From: a virus
Lineage: Duplodnaviria > Caudoviricetes
Virus record (IMG/VR): IMGVR_UViG_3300022707_004402
Location: 1 to 57,415 of that record
Length of the DNA: 57,415 bases
Direction: 5' to 3' (one strand)
Position 1 is the first letter of the stretch. Every line of letters begins with the position of its first letter. The position numbers were made by a program, and so were the translations under genes. Below the pieces are notes generated by a model. That model had not been told where the DNA came from. It searched no databases and worked only from the letters and a program-made list of their open reading frames with translations. Below are positions 39,703-48,703 of this stretch, piece by piece.

Positions 39703-40620
39703 TTATTTTTTCCGTTTATTTAAAGCTTTTTGTTTTTTTACAAGTAGAGTCCGGGTAGCCGGGGAATCTACGGTATAATGCCGGGGCTTGCCCAATTTAA
39801 ATGTGGCGATTGTGATGCTATTGTGTTTGATGACTTCATATTCACCACAAGCCACCTTAATTTGATTTTTCAAATCTTCTTTTTTATCGTCGAGAATCTT
39901 GATTTCTGCATTGTTTTTTATATAATCTTCGCAATATTGAACGACCTCCTGGCTGACTTCAATGCTTTCACCCTCATAATATACAGTGAGCTTGGTCAAT
40001 TCTCCGGCGGTGAGGGGTGGAGATTTTTTTGGAATCACATATTTATGCCACCAGTCATGGCATTCAGTGGTCATTTCTTTGATGAAACCATCATCCCGTT
40101 CCAGGGCCAGCCGTTCAAATTTCCGGCCGCCAACCAACAAAGCAAATTCTCCCCATTTCCAGCCAGTGACAGCCAGCTCATGCTGAAATTGGCAATAATA
40201 ATTTAAAGGGATTTCTTCTTGCCAGGCTTTGTACATATTTTCGGAAACACATTTTATTTCCAGCACCCCGGGCCCCCGACCATCATTGTTATCAATTATT
40301 TCCCGGTCCAGGTTGACCAGGAGCTCCGGGTATTCAGAATGGATGCGAATAATTTTATCTTTCCGGACTTCCCGCTTTTGATCCTCAACCCATTTTTCAG
40401 CAATGGGATCTTCTAAGCGGACGCCCCATTCCGTGGCCTCATTGCCCCCCCAATGGGGGGTGATACCCAGTTTATCCTCCCAGACATCCTTCTGGGACCG
40501 ATATTCATTTACGCCAACGACGGCACCGACATCGGACCCGCCAATGCCTTTGCGACGTTCATTGAGCCATTGTTCATGACTCAAATTTTCCTTGGGAATT
40601 GAAAGAACTTCGACCATCAA
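39703..40620 (-). CDS. YqaJ-family viral recombinase/lambda-exonuclease-like nuclease
   Basis: WLNERRKGIGGSD, WG..LE..IA, NLDR, LEIKC and YYCQ.QHEL.VTG motifs; upstream of recT. Confidence 0.93.
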   Translation of the reverse strand: MMVEVLSIPKENLSHEQWLNERRKGIGGSDVGAVVGVNEYRSQKDVWEDKLGITPHWGGNEATEWGVRLEDPIAEKWVEDQKREVRKDKIIRIHSEYPELLVNLDREIIDNNDGRGPGVLEIKCVSENMYKAWQEEIPLNYYCQFQHELAVTGWKWGEFALLVGGRKFERLALERDDGFIKEMTTECHDWWHKYVIPKKSPPLTAGELTKLTVYYEGESIEVSQEVVQYCEDYIKNNAEIKILDDKKEDLKNQIKVACGEYEVIKHNSITIATFKLGKPRHYTVDSPATRTLLVKKQKALNKRKK

Positions 40621-40678
40621 ACCTCCTTTGTTTAATCCAACCTTTTATTAAGATATACTATTGTGTTGTCAAACACAA
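40621..40678 (-). promoter_or_regulatory. Leftward early promoter and leader of the yqaJ-recT operon
   Basis: TTGTGT-17-TATCTT, then 6 nt, then the leader AGGTTGGATTAAACAAAGGAGGT; overlaps a TTGTGTT/AACACAA inverted repeat. Confidence 0.55.
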
Positions 40679-40697
40679 GCGGCAACACAAATAAAGC

Positions 40698-40892
40698 CTA
40701 TTCATCCAAAACCTTTAAAATTTCATTAATTAAAGCCTTATGTCTGGCACAAATGATTCTGATTTTGGCCAATTTCTTTATCATTTTTACCATCTCGATG
40801 CTTTCTTCTAAGTTTTTTTGGAATTCTATTCCAAGCTGTCTTCTTGGGATCCCTGGTCTTTTTTCATCAGGGTTTCCAGATTCGTGCACCAT
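40698..40892 (-). CDS. Hypothetical protein
   Basis: 64-aa ORF with AAGGAG upstream; overlaps the end of the YkgJ-like gene. Confidence 0.45.
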   Translation of the reverse strand: MVHESGNPDEKRPGIPRRQLGIEFQKNLEESIEMVKMIKKLAKIRIICARHKALINEILKVLDE

Positions 40893-41098
40893 TCGGTTAT
40901 CTCCTTGTCGCTAAATTTTTTTCGGTCAATTATGCAGCCTTCCGGCCGATTGTCATATATTGAGCAACTCATGTTGTCCAATAGATGTTTGCATCCGCCA
41001 TCACCTCGATCCAATTCCGGGTAAACTTTGCCGGCTTTGAGGCAGCAGGCCCCGCATTGCCAGCACTTCCAGGGCTCACCAGGTTTCGGGTGGGGCAT
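40826..41098 (-). CDS. YkgJ-family cysteine-cluster protein
   Basis: CWQCGACC...GGCKHL...CSIYDNRPEGC. Confidence 0.85.
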   Translation of the reverse strand: MPHPKPGEPWKCWQCGACCLKAGKVYPELDRGDGGCKHLLDNMSCSIYDNRPEGCIIDRKKFSDKEITEWCTNLETLMKKDQGSQEDSLE

Positions 41099-41321
41099 TC
41101 TTAATTTGTTTTTTTAAAATTTCAATATCCTTGGCTTGCTGAACTGTGCGCCATTCCAAGGCCCGGGTATACTCAATCACTGGAGTCATGGCATCCTTCA
41201 TGTCAGCCCGGGAAATTGCGTGACCACTTAACGCATCAGCATTTTTACAGGTGATCCGGACCATTTCCAGGAGCTTCTCGCTACCCCCGGGCGTCATCAC
41301 CAATTCGTTTTCTTCAGTCAT
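41076..41321 (-). CDS. Hypothetical protein
   Basis: 81-aa ORF with AAGGAG RBS. Confidence 0.6.
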   Translation of the reverse strand: MTEENELVMTPGGSEKLLEMVRITCKNADALSGHAISRADMKDAMTPVIEYTRALEWRTVQQAKDIEILKKQIKNAPPETW

Positions 41322-41467
41322 TCTTTCTCCTTTTCCTTCACATTAAAAACCCCTTTATCCCAATCATACTTAATAGTGGCGTCTGGGCATTCGCAAAATT
41401 CTATTGGCAGCCCACATTTGTTGTGGATTATCAAGGTGTCAAGTCCGTCTTCTTCTTTTTCAGTCAT
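41318..41467 (-). CDS. Small hypothetical protein (49 aa, Cys-containing)
   Basis: MTEKEEDGLDTLIIHNKCGLPIEFCECPD...; ATGA-coupled to the next gene. Confidence 0.5.
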   Translation of the reverse strand: MTEKEEDGLDTLIIHNKCGLPIEFCECPDATIKYDWDKGVFNVKEKEKE

Positions 41468-41581
41468 TTTTATCCCTTTTTCTTTTTGGCTCTTTTGGCT
41501 TTTTCTTGACTCCCTTTAAAAGCGCCTGATACGCTTCGAGATTTATCCAAGGTGTTATTAGTTCATCCAGTGGTGCTGCCA

Positions 41582-41782
41582 TTACTCCACCTCCGATTCT
41601 GGTATAGGCTCGCTTTTAAGTTGAATTCTTACATTGTTAAAAACGAAGCTCACGCCCTCCGGGGGTAATGCAAACTTTATCTTATTGAAAGATTCCGTAA
41701 GTAACTGTACGGCCCAAGGATTTAACCCTCCATCGTGCAAGATTTTTAAGCTTAATTCACTAGTAGTTATTTTCTTTTCCAT
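41582..41782 (-). CDS. Hypothetical protein
   Basis: 66-aa ORF in the tightly packed leftward operon. Confidence 0.55.
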   Translation of the reverse strand: MEKKITTSELSLKILHDGGLNPWAVQLLTESFNKIKFALPPEGVSFVFNNVRIQLKSEPIPESEVE

Positions 41783-42121
41783 TTAATTCGCCCCCTTAAC
41801 TTTTGTCTCTTTCCATTGATGATATTCCTTTATTAAGCTCTTGGACTCCAGAAATTCAAAGAGTTTATCTATAACCCCATCTTGGCCTTTGCAAATATTT
41901 TTATAAGTCTCTGGCTCTAATATTCCGCAGTCGTTGGGGCACAATTGAGGATCAGTCCGGTCTTTTTTTGTTGTTCCTATCTCGAACTGAGACATAGAGA
42001 TTGATCTTTGGTGCACGACACATGAACATTTTGGGCAATAGAACGTGCCTGGCTGATAGGCTAAGGATTCGAGTTCGCCAATCTTTTTTTGGATCTTTTC
42101 TTCCAAAGATTTAATTTTCAT
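41783..42121 (-). CDS. Hypothetical protein with CxxC/CxxxC motifs
   Basis: PGTFYCPKC...CPNDCG. Confidence 0.65.
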   Translation of the reverse strand: MKIKSLEEKIQKKIGELESLAYQPGTFYCPKCSCVVHQRSISMSQFEIGTTKKDRTDPQLCPNDCGILEPETYKNICKGQDGVIDKLFEFLESKSLIKEYHQWKETKVKGAN

Positions 42122-42278
42122 TATTCCCCTTTATTTTACATCCGCAATAAGGACAGAATTTATAATTCCATTTAGTTGGGTGCTCTATCATAAGCGCCTC
42201 ACAAGTCCCCTTCCATATCTCTACATCATTATCGTTTATTCCATCAAGTTCCCAATCACAGTATTCTGCTACGGCCAT
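42111..42278 (-). CDS. Small zinc-ribbon protein (55 aa)
   Basis: MAVAEYCDW...WKGTC...YKFCPYCG; GGAGGT RBS. Confidence 0.55.
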   Translation of the reverse strand: MAVAEYCDWELDGINDNDVEIWKGTCEALMIEHPTKWNYKFCPYCGCKIKGNNEN

Positions 42279-42491
42279 TCAACCCACCTCCTTGCTAAAA
42301 TCTCTTTTTGGCAAATTCATGCCCGTTCTTTCTTTCCTGTCACGCAACTGCTTTCCTACCTTGGAAATGAAATCATCAGATAATTTCTCTGGTAAGCTGT
42401 CAAGTTGTGTTTCAAATATATAGGCTTCTTCATGGCAATTAACACAAAGGCCCCTATACATTTTGCGGCCACAATCTTCACATTCCATCAA
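42279..42491 (-). CDS. Small zinc-finger protein
   Basis: CEDCG...CVNC. Confidence 0.6.
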   Translation of the reverse strand: MMECEDCGRKMYRGLCVNCHEEAYIFETQLDSLPEKLSDDFISKVGKQLRDRKERTGMNLPKRDFSKEVG

Positions 42492-42728
42492 CTACCCCTT
42501 TCCTCTGAAGTTATTCCATTCCAGTTCCTTATAAGACTCAGCATCTTGCTGACTCTCAAATTCCCCCGGCTTACAGTATGGGCATGGCGGCGGGTCTTCT
42601 GGTGTGTACAAATTCCCATTTACATCACAATTATCATCATCCCATAGCCTTCCATCAATACACCTATAATCAGGGTATTGCATTGTTTCAACGGCAAATT
42701 GTCTGTTACACCCTTTTTCCATAACCAC
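42492..42728 (-). CDS. Cys-rich hypothetical protein
   Basis: GC...YPDYRCIDGRLWD.D...PCPYC. Confidence 0.6.
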   Translation of the reverse strand: MVMEKGCNRQFAVETMQYPDYRCIDGRLWDDDNCDVNGNLYTPEDPPPCPYCKPGEFESQQDAESYKELEWNNFRGKG

Positions 42729-42731
42729 CCC

Positions 42732-43148
42732 CTATCCCGGTTTATTAATTTCGTCGGTAATTTCTTTGACTGTTTTTGGCAATCTATTCTCAGGTGGATC
42801 GGGCAATGGCTGCCACATATCAACCCGGTCATAACCCCAGTTGCCGTGTTCAAAGTAACAAGTATCGACCCAATTGGATCTTTTATCCCAAAACAAATAT
42901 TTGCCATCTTTCTTTGGTGGGGTATTAACTGAAATCCACTCCTGGGCCTTAGCGCTTAATTCTTTGCATTGCTCGGTTCTGGATTCAAATAGCTTTTCCC
43001 ATTTGCTGGCCCTTTCCGTTTCACGTTGGATGATTTCCACTATGGGATCTAAAAGTTCTTCAAATTGTAATAGGGACAAAGGCGGTTCTTCAATAGAGTC
43101 GTGGTATATTTTTTCAATAGTCCTCTTAATCTCTTTGTTATCTGACAT
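42732..43148 (-). CDS. DUF551-like domain protein
   Basis: EWISV..PP...GKYL...VDMWQPLPDPPE. Confidence 0.75.
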   Translation of the reverse strand: MSDNKEIKRTIEKIYHDSIEEPPLSLLQFEELLDPIVEIIQRETERASKWEKLFESRTEQCKELSAKAQEWISVNTPPKKDGKYLFWDKRSNWVDTCYFEHGNWGYDRVDMWQPLPDPPENRLPKTVKEITDEINKPG

Positions 43149-44076
43149 CAGGATCCCCCTCTATTTCCGCAATGGAGTTCATCCCAAATGGGCACACTTT
43201 TTCTCCTTTACATTTTTTGATTGCATCATAGCCACCTATGGCACCACAAATTATACATGGAAATTCAGCTTTCTTTTTTTCCTCCAAAACCTTTAATCCC
43301 ATATACTTGGCAGCCTCATTTATGTCATGACGAAGAACCTCAATCCTTGGAGTATCGTTGGCGCTCATATGAATAATGGCCTGTCTTAAATTTTCTTTGG
43401 CCTTCAGGAGTTGTGAGTTTCGTGTTGTCACTCCCTGGATTGTTTTGGATTGGACATCGATTTCGTTTTTGGCATTTACAAATTCGGTGCTTAGTCCATG
43501 CAGTTCAGATTCCAAGGCGTTGATTCTGCCCATGAATTGCCCCGAATCCGGATTCTCTTCAACAACGGAAAACCCAGATTTTTTTCCTTGTTCCAGCTCG
43601 GCTTCCAGCATTTTGATCTTCTGATTTGCCAAAATAAATTCATCAGTGATTTTTGGTTTTAAAAATTCCTGGGTTTCCATACCCTTCATTTCCCGGACAA
43701 GTTGTTTATTCTGCCCAACCTGATGCAAAATAGTGGCTTTTTGTTGGGCAATCGAATGTTGTAAGACTTTGATTTCATCTTCCTGTTGATCGATTTTTTT
43801 GGCCAGGTTTTCATTTATGTGCTGGAGCTTACTAATTCCTGGATTTATCTCCCAGGACATGGATTTTATAAATTCACAGACCCCGAGAAACCACCTGGTT
43901 TTTGATATCGCAGACAAATATTCTTCAGAATCATAGACCATTTCCACGATTCGTTTAAAATCATTAACAGAAATACCGTGGTCTTCCAGGATTTCAAAAG
44001 TTCTTTTAGTTTCTTCCGGATATTCATCATCCATTTTTCGCTCCTTTTTTAAGTTATTCAACCACTTCCAAATCAC
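43138..44076 (-). CDS. Coiled-coil hypothetical protein
   Basis: 312-aa ORF with heptad-rich sequence and C-terminal Cys motifs. Confidence 0.7.
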   Translation of the reverse strand: MIWKWLNNLKKERKMDDEYPEETKRTFEILEDHGISVNDFKRIVEMVYDSEEYLSAISKTRWFLGVCEFIKSMSWEINPGISKLQHINENLAKKIDQQEDEIKVLQHSIAQQKATILHQVGQNKQLVREMKGMETQEFLKPKITDEFILANQKIKMLEAELEQGKKSGFSVVEENPDSGQFMGRINALESELHGLSTEFVNAKNEIDVQSKTIQGVTTRNSQLLKAKENLRQAIIHMSANDTPRIEVLRHDINEAAKYMGLKVLEEKKKAEFPCIICGAIGGYDAIKKCKGEKVCPFGMNSIAEIEGDPDVR

Positions 44077-44247
44077 CCCTTATCATACTCCTCCCATGCT
44101 AATTGGTCCAGTAAACACTTGTAATCCACCGAATCTAAGCTAAAAACATCATCAATATCTAATCCTTTGGTGATTGCAACGAAAAACAAGTTACAGCCAA
44201 CCTTTCTCTCCCTTATTTTCTCTAAACTCACCATAATATCTCCTTTT

Positions 44248-44430
44248 TCAATCTTCCTCCACTAAAAAATCAGCAATACATTGATCACATCCGGAAAGCC
44301 GATAACCCTTGCCATCCATAAAAAACAATCTGGTTTGTTTAATATTTAGGCTCATAGAATGGCCTGGATCTCTGCAAACCCAATCAAATTTAAGCTCCAT
44401 TACGCCGATTTTTGGGTTCGATGAGGTCAT
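44248..44430 (-). CDS. Hypothetical protein
   Basis: 60 aa, ATGA-coupled. Confidence 0.5.
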   Translation of the reverse strand: MTSSNPKIGVMELKFDWVCRDPGHSMSLNIKQTRLFFMDGKGYRLSGCDQCIADFLVEED

Positions 44431-45026
44431 TCTACCTTTTTTAAGACTTTTGATGCCAGATCGGTAAGCATTTGAGCCCCAGTGCTAATCTGAGCCCTCT
44501 CAGACTTTGAAATTGGCCGTATTTTTATCGGAGTTCGGGATTCATTGGTTTGTTCGTGGATTCCAGCCAAGTGATTAGAAGATGGGCCGGGACACGCAGA
44601 TTTCTCAGATTCATAGCTTTTGATGATTGCGGTTTCCTTCATTTTCCAATCTGATTCAGTCCAGTTGCAAAGTTCAATCCACCCTCCATATCGGATAACC
44701 ACGTTGTGAAGTGCCTGGTCCTGGAAGTCAATTGACTCATATGCCCCAAATTTGTGGATTGTTTTCCGAAGAACGCCAACCATGTTTCGGGCCATGTGTT
44801 CGCCAGATTGTCCGCCAGCTGACAAAAAGTCCTTAATTAGCGGGAATTTTGTCGTTGATGTTGGGGTGAAATTATTGATGATATTTTGGATTATAGAATT
44901 CCAAGCTGTGTTGTCAATGTACTTTAAGCTCTCCCAATAAAGATGAAGAACCTCCTTTTTTTCAATTTTTTGATTAAAATAAGATTGAAGCATGGTAAGG
45001 CTTTGATGAAACAACTCTACTGTCAT
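44427..45026 (-). CDS. Putative helicase loader/inhibitor-like replication protein (DUF6475-like)
   Basis: Directly after the initiator; YWESLK..D...KFPLIKDF and I..FGAY.SI.F.D..LH.VV..YGGW.ELC. Confidence 0.7.
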   Translation of the reverse strand: MTVELFHQSLTMLQSYFNQKIEKKEVLHLYWESLKYIDNTAWNSIIQNIINNFTPTSTTKFPLIKDFLSAGGQSGEHMARNMVGVLRKTIHKFGAYESIDFQDQALHNVVIRYGGWIELCNWTESDWKMKETAIIKSYESEKSACPGPSSNHLAGIHEQTNESRTPIKIRPISKSERAQISTGAQMLTDLASKVLKKVE

Positions 45027-45739
45027 TTGAAATCCTCCATCATTTTTGCCGTATCTTCGGCAATTTCTTGGGTTGGTATTTGTCGGCCGAAATTATTTTT
45101 ATTAAAATCTTTGCTCAACGAAAACACACCAGTCCATCCGTTCATAATGCTTTGGTTTAAGACATCAATGGAAGTTTGTTCGTCTCCATTCGATAGTTTT
45201 TTTAATTTTTCAATCATTAAATTAATTGCATGCTGGGTCATTGGGTTATTTTTGTTTTTTCGATATTCCATAAAAAACAAAAAAACTTGTGTAAAATTAG
45301 AACTCCAATCCCCTTGGGGGATTATAGGGGGTATATTCTCCTTCTCTTTCTTCTTCTTATTCTCCTTCTTCTTCTGGGGTGGATACTTTACCTCAGTAGA
45401 TTCGGAGTCTCTTCGAACTTTTGAGCTGTAATCGCTTGATATATCACAAAGTTTGGGACAAAAGATGGTTATATATTCTTCCGCCTTATGTACAATGTTT
45501 ATACGCCTTTTGTCCGAGTAATACCCAAGAACCTTCCAAAGTGTTCCCGATTTTATACCAGGAAAGTACCGCCTAAACACCTTTTTATTGATTTCTAATG
45601 GCTCCTCAACAGCATCCTCTTTGGCTAAAATTTCAAGAGTTCGCCAAAAAACATAGGGGCCAGCTGTTCCGAAAATCATTTCGGCCTCCATGAAATCCGG
45701 ATCGCTGTGTGTTGCCGAAAGGTGCTTAAACCATTTCAT
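45023..45739 (-). CDS. Phage replication initiator protein
   Basis: MKWFKH...DP N-terminus, Lys/Glu linker with PPIIPQG, C-terminal FMEYRK..K.PMT..A...KL...SIMNGWTG.F. Confidence 0.75.
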   Translation of the reverse strand: MKWFKHLSATHSDPDFMEAEMIFGTAGPYVFWRTLEILAKEDAVEEPLEINKKVFRRYFPGIKSGTLWKVLGYYSDKRRINIVHKAEEYITIFCPKLCDISSDYSSKVRRDSESTEVKYPPQKKKENKKKKEKENIPPIIPQGDWSSNFTQVFLFFMEYRKNKNNPMTQHAINLMIEKLKKLSNGDEQTSIDVLNQSIMNGWTGVFSLSKDFNKNNFGRQIPTQEIAEDTAKMMEDFK

Positions 45740-46293
45740 TTATTGGCCTCAAAAAATGCTTTTGCAAATCCACTTGGACATATTGATTTTTTTGCTTTTT
45801 TATTATTTGTGATGATGTCGGTAATTGAAGGTAAACCCTTTGTTTTGGGTAACCTTTTCTTTTTTGGAATATTAAAAAACCCCCACAAGTCTGTGCTCTT
45901 TGTGTACTGGTGTCCGTATTCATAGGGATTATAGGTCATTGCTGGCATTCCAAGAAACTGCCTTAAAATACCCGTAGGGTTCTCAATTACCCAAAACTTA
46001 AGGGCGCCATCCTTTTTATATTTGGGTTCATATCTGCATTCCCATATAATCCGGAGACATTCTTTCACCAAAATCATACCTTTGCGCAAGTTCCTTGGCT
46101 CTTTTGCCTTTGTCCTGGCGAGGCTAAACATGGTACACGGAGGATTTGCAATGATTCCATGGACCCTCCATGGAGGACAATAATTCTCGACGCCAATATC
46201 TTTTCCGATTAATCGAACATCATATCCGGCATCTGCATAAGGCTTTGAATCTGATCCAATATCAGCACATAAATGAAGAATTATCTTTTTCAT
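45736..46293 (-). CDS. DNA cytosine-5 methyltransferase-like protein (short phage type)
   Basis: ILHLCA..GS (motif I-like), IIANPPCTMFS (catalytic PC), WVIENP (ENV-like). Confidence 0.8.
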   Translation of the reverse strand: MKKIILHLCADIGSDSKPYADAGYDVRLIGKDIGVENYCPPWRVHGIIANPPCTMFSLARTKAKEPRNLRKGMILVKECLRIIWECRYEPKYKKDGALKFWVIENPTGILRQFLGMPAMTYNPYEYGHQYTKSTDLWGFFNIPKKKRLPKTKGLPSITDIITNNKKAKKSICPSGFAKAFFEANK

Positions 46294-46319
46294 TCAAAAA
46301 TCAACAGTTAAATAAAGCG

Positions 46320-46412
46320 TGGTCCCGGCTGTGACACTCCGAAGAATTACCGGGACCGGCGGAAAACCGCTTTTACGCAAAAATTTCTTTTGAAATTCGA
46401 AGCATCACAGCC
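46320..46412 (-). promoter_or_regulatory. Structured 5' leader with mutually exclusive pairings (attenuator-like)
   Basis: GGCTGTGATGCTTCGAA can pair with TTCGGAGTGTCACAGCC, competing with the GGTCCCGG/CCGGGACC hairpin. Confidence 0.55.
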
Positions 46413-46415
46413 CCC

Positions 46416-46485
46416 AATATACACAATGCGAATCAAAAAGCAAACGAATAAATGTGTTGCCATCTCTAAAGAATTGATTTAAATT
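46416..46485. promoter_or_regulatory. Divergent sigma70-type promoter pair
   Basis: Minus: TTGCTT-16-TATATT with TGTG extension (46443-46416). Plus: TTGCCA-17-TAAATT (46457-46485). Confidence 0.6.
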
Positions 46486-46492
46486 AATATAC

Positions 46493-46708
46493 ATGGGGGA
46501 AAAAAATGAAGAGTATTATAAATTTTCAAGGGAAATCCCAGTTATGATTTTACCTCCGGTTTTATTCGATAAGTTTTTAGAAATAGGTGCGATTGAAAAG
46601 CGTGGGGAAAAGTTTTTCACAAAAACTGGGATGGAAGTTGTCCAAGATTCTTTTAAATACGTGCCTGAAAGTGACATCACAAATATAACGGCAGAATATA
46701 AGGATTAA
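46493..46708 (+). CDS. Hypothetical protein (probably leaderless)
   Basis: 71 aa; 7 nt separate the -10 box from the ATG, no SD. Confidence 0.55.
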   Translation: MGEKNEEYYKFSREIPVMILPPVLFDKFLEIGAIEKRGEKFFTKTGMEVVQDSFKYVPESDITNITAEYKD

Positions 46709-46775
46709 TAATGGCGAAAAAAACATGCCAACCTTTGAACTTTTTATAAAGGCAAAAAAAAATGGGAAAAAAATA

Positions 46776-47027
46776 ATGGCGAAAAAAAAAATAAAAGACG
46801 ACCGGCTTCACATCCGGTGTTTTAAAGCTCAGAAAAAATTGTGGAAAGATGCGGCCGGCGGTAAGCACAGGCTCACGTCTTGGGCAATTTCGGTATTGAA
46901 TCGGGAGGCGATGATATCGGGGGTAGAATCCCCCCAGAAAAATCATCAAGATCCAAAAAAGGCTTCTGATGAAACCCCATCCCAGGCGCCTGGTCTTCGG
47001 CCCCGGTCTGACGTAATTTCTGATTAA
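46776..47027 (+). CDS. Ribbon-helix-helix-like regulator
   Basis: KDDRLHIRC...QKKLWKDAA...LTSWAISVLN; start may be 46725 or 46776. Confidence 0.65.
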   Translation: MAKKKIKDDRLHIRCFKAQKKLWKDAAGGKHRLTSWAISVLNREAMISGVESPQKNHQDPKKASDETPSQAPGLRPRSDVISD

Positions 47028-47316
47028 GATATTGTGCCCTGTTTAAGATTTTCTGAATAGACTCTGACCATTCATAAGCTGCCCGTTCCTGAGCCGCTTG
47101 AAAAGCCGGGCCAGACTCCATTTGCGGTGCTTCAATTCTCTTTTTATAATCCTGATCCTCGACAACACGTTTCTTGATTGTGCTCACGATTTCATAATCT
47201 GAAAATCTCCGAGCAACTTTTCTGGCTTCTTCCAGAGTATCAAAATCCCCTTTAAAACCATATTCCCATGGGGTTGGATCATAAGGATCTGTTTCGAAAA
47301 CCATGTAATTTTTCAT
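46873..47316 (-). CDS. Hypothetical protein
   Basis: 147 aa; MKNYMVF...Y.P...FKGDFDTLEEA; ATGA-coupled to the HNH gene. Confidence 0.6.
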   Translation of the reverse strand: MKNYMVFETDPYDPTPWEYGFKGDFDTLEEARKVARRFSDYEIVSTIKKRVVEDQDYKKRIEAPQMESGPAFQAAQERAAYEWSESIQKILNRAQYLNQKLRQTGAEDQAPGMGFHQKPFLDLDDFSGGILPPISSPPDSIPKLPKT

Positions 47317-47588
47317 AAGAATTGCCCATAGCTGAATTTGATTTCCAGTCCGAATTTAACCCGATCCCACCAATTCATATTCTCTAATTTATGATGACAA
47401 GGCCGGCAGACCGCCAGGTAATTAGCCGCGGTTTCGATTTTTTTGTTGGCTTTACTTGGGATTATATGATGTGTTTCGATGGCAGGTTTTTTTTGGCAAA
47501 CTTCACAGAATTCATGATTCTTCAAATATATTTTAGCTTGGATAGGGTCTCCAAAGTTGGTTTTTTCTTTAAAAAAAGAAAAGGGCAT
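47313..47588 (-). CDS. HNH endonuclease
   Basis: CEVC...ETHHI...NYLAVCRPCHH. Confidence 0.85.
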   Translation of the reverse strand: MPFSFFKEKTNFGDPIQAKIYLKNHEFCEVCQKKPAIETHHIIPSKANKKIETAANYLAVCRPCHHKLENMNWWDRVKFGLEIKFSYGQFL

Positions 47589-48097
47589 TATTTCTTTAAT
47601 TTATTCAAGTTAGCGAACGATCCAAACAATTCACTGGCGGCATTATTGTAGGCACAGGCAGCATCAACCTCTTTTTTAAAAACACCCAAATAAATTTGTT
47701 TTCTATTTTTTTTGATATAAGCCACCCATTTTTTTAACCTCTTGTTCCAACAGACCCCCTTATACACGGAAGTCCCTTTTGAACTTCGGCTATTATAACA
47801 GTTTTGAGCTTGGGTACAAATTCTTAAATTAGATTTTCGGTTGTCAAAAATATTTCCATTAATATGATCAACTACTCGTCGGTCCCATGGCCAAGCCCGC
47901 AAAATTTCTCTGTGGAGATGATAGTTTTTTTTACGACAATTATTAGAATGATTGCCAATTGAAGCGGTTCTTAAAATTCCTACGGGTTTTTTAATTTTAG
48001 AATCATATCTAATGAGCCATTTAAATTGGGATAACCATTCAAAATCAATATCATCAACCAAAGCAACTTTACCATTTCTTAATTTAATTTCTTCCAT
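47588..48097 (-). CDS. HNH homing endonuclease with AP2 DNA-binding domain
   Basis: ALVDD.D, LHREI...VDHINGN..DNRKSNLR.CT..QN, SVYKGV.W...W.AYI...YLGVF..E..AA.AYN.AA..LFG.FA.LN. Confidence 0.92.
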   Translation of the reverse strand: MEEIKLRNGKVALVDDIDFEWLSQFKWLIRYDSKIKKPVGILRTASIGNHSNNCRKKNYHLHREILRAWPWDRRVVDHINGNIFDNRKSNLRICTQAQNCYNSRSSKGTSVYKGVCWNKRLKKWVAYIKKNRKQIYLGVFKKEVDAACAYNNAASELFGSFANLNKLKK

Positions 48098-48263
48098 TTT
48101 TCCTCCTCTGATCAGCCAGCCGGATTCTCAAATTGTGTCCTTCCCTGGCCACGTCGGAGATTGTGACACTGGTTCCCCGCCTTTGAGATTCCTCCAATGC
48201 GATTTCCCGCATTCGATTCCACTGATCATCCTGGATATAAATATTTCGACGGGTTGATTTCAT
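48084..48263 (-). CDS. Ribbon-helix-helix (CopG/Arc-like) protein, 59 aa
   Basis: MKSTRRNIYIQDDQWNRMREIALEESQRRGTSVTISDVAREG...; below the track cutoff, ATGA-coupled. Confidence 0.65.
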   Translation of the reverse strand: MKSTRRNIYIQDDQWNRMREIALEESQRRGTSVTISDVAREGHNLRIRLADQRRKNGRN

Positions 48264-48703
48264 CTTATATCGTGCCCTTTCTCTTTGAGTCTGTCTTTGA
48301 TAAATTGAAATTGAGCGATCGTGTCTGGAACTTTGCCCAAGCTTCGATAATGATCAAGAAACTCTTTCTCAATCTCATCCCACACCCCCGGCGCTTCTTT
48401 TCGGGTTTCTTGGAATGGGCAATTCTCCCACATTGAGACAGAAATATTCATTCCAGGTTTATGCCGACAATGCTCTGCCACGCATGATCCACAATTCACC
48501 CCTTCCCAATGCTTGCAGTTGCCTTGGGGTTTGGGTTTATCAAGTGGACGCACAAATTCTTTTAAAACAATAGACTGGCATACAGTTGTCTTCATTCTGG
48601 GCCCCGCATAATAAGCAAAATTAATATAACAATGGTCATCACCGTCGGGAGAACGTTCAATCTCCCCCTCCACCAAAACCTTATCACCTTTTTTAAATTC
48701 CAT
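48260..48703 (-). CDS. Hypothetical protein
   Basis: 147 aa; FKKGDKVLVEG start, Cys cluster. Confidence 0.65.
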   Translation of the reverse strand: MEFKKGDKVLVEGEIERSPDGDDHCYINFAYYAGPRMKTTVCQSIVLKEFVRPLDKPKPQGNCKHWEGVNCGSCVAEHCRHKPGMNISVSMWENCPFQETRKEAPGVWDEIEKEFLDHYRSLGKVPDTIAQFQFIKDRLKEKGHDIR

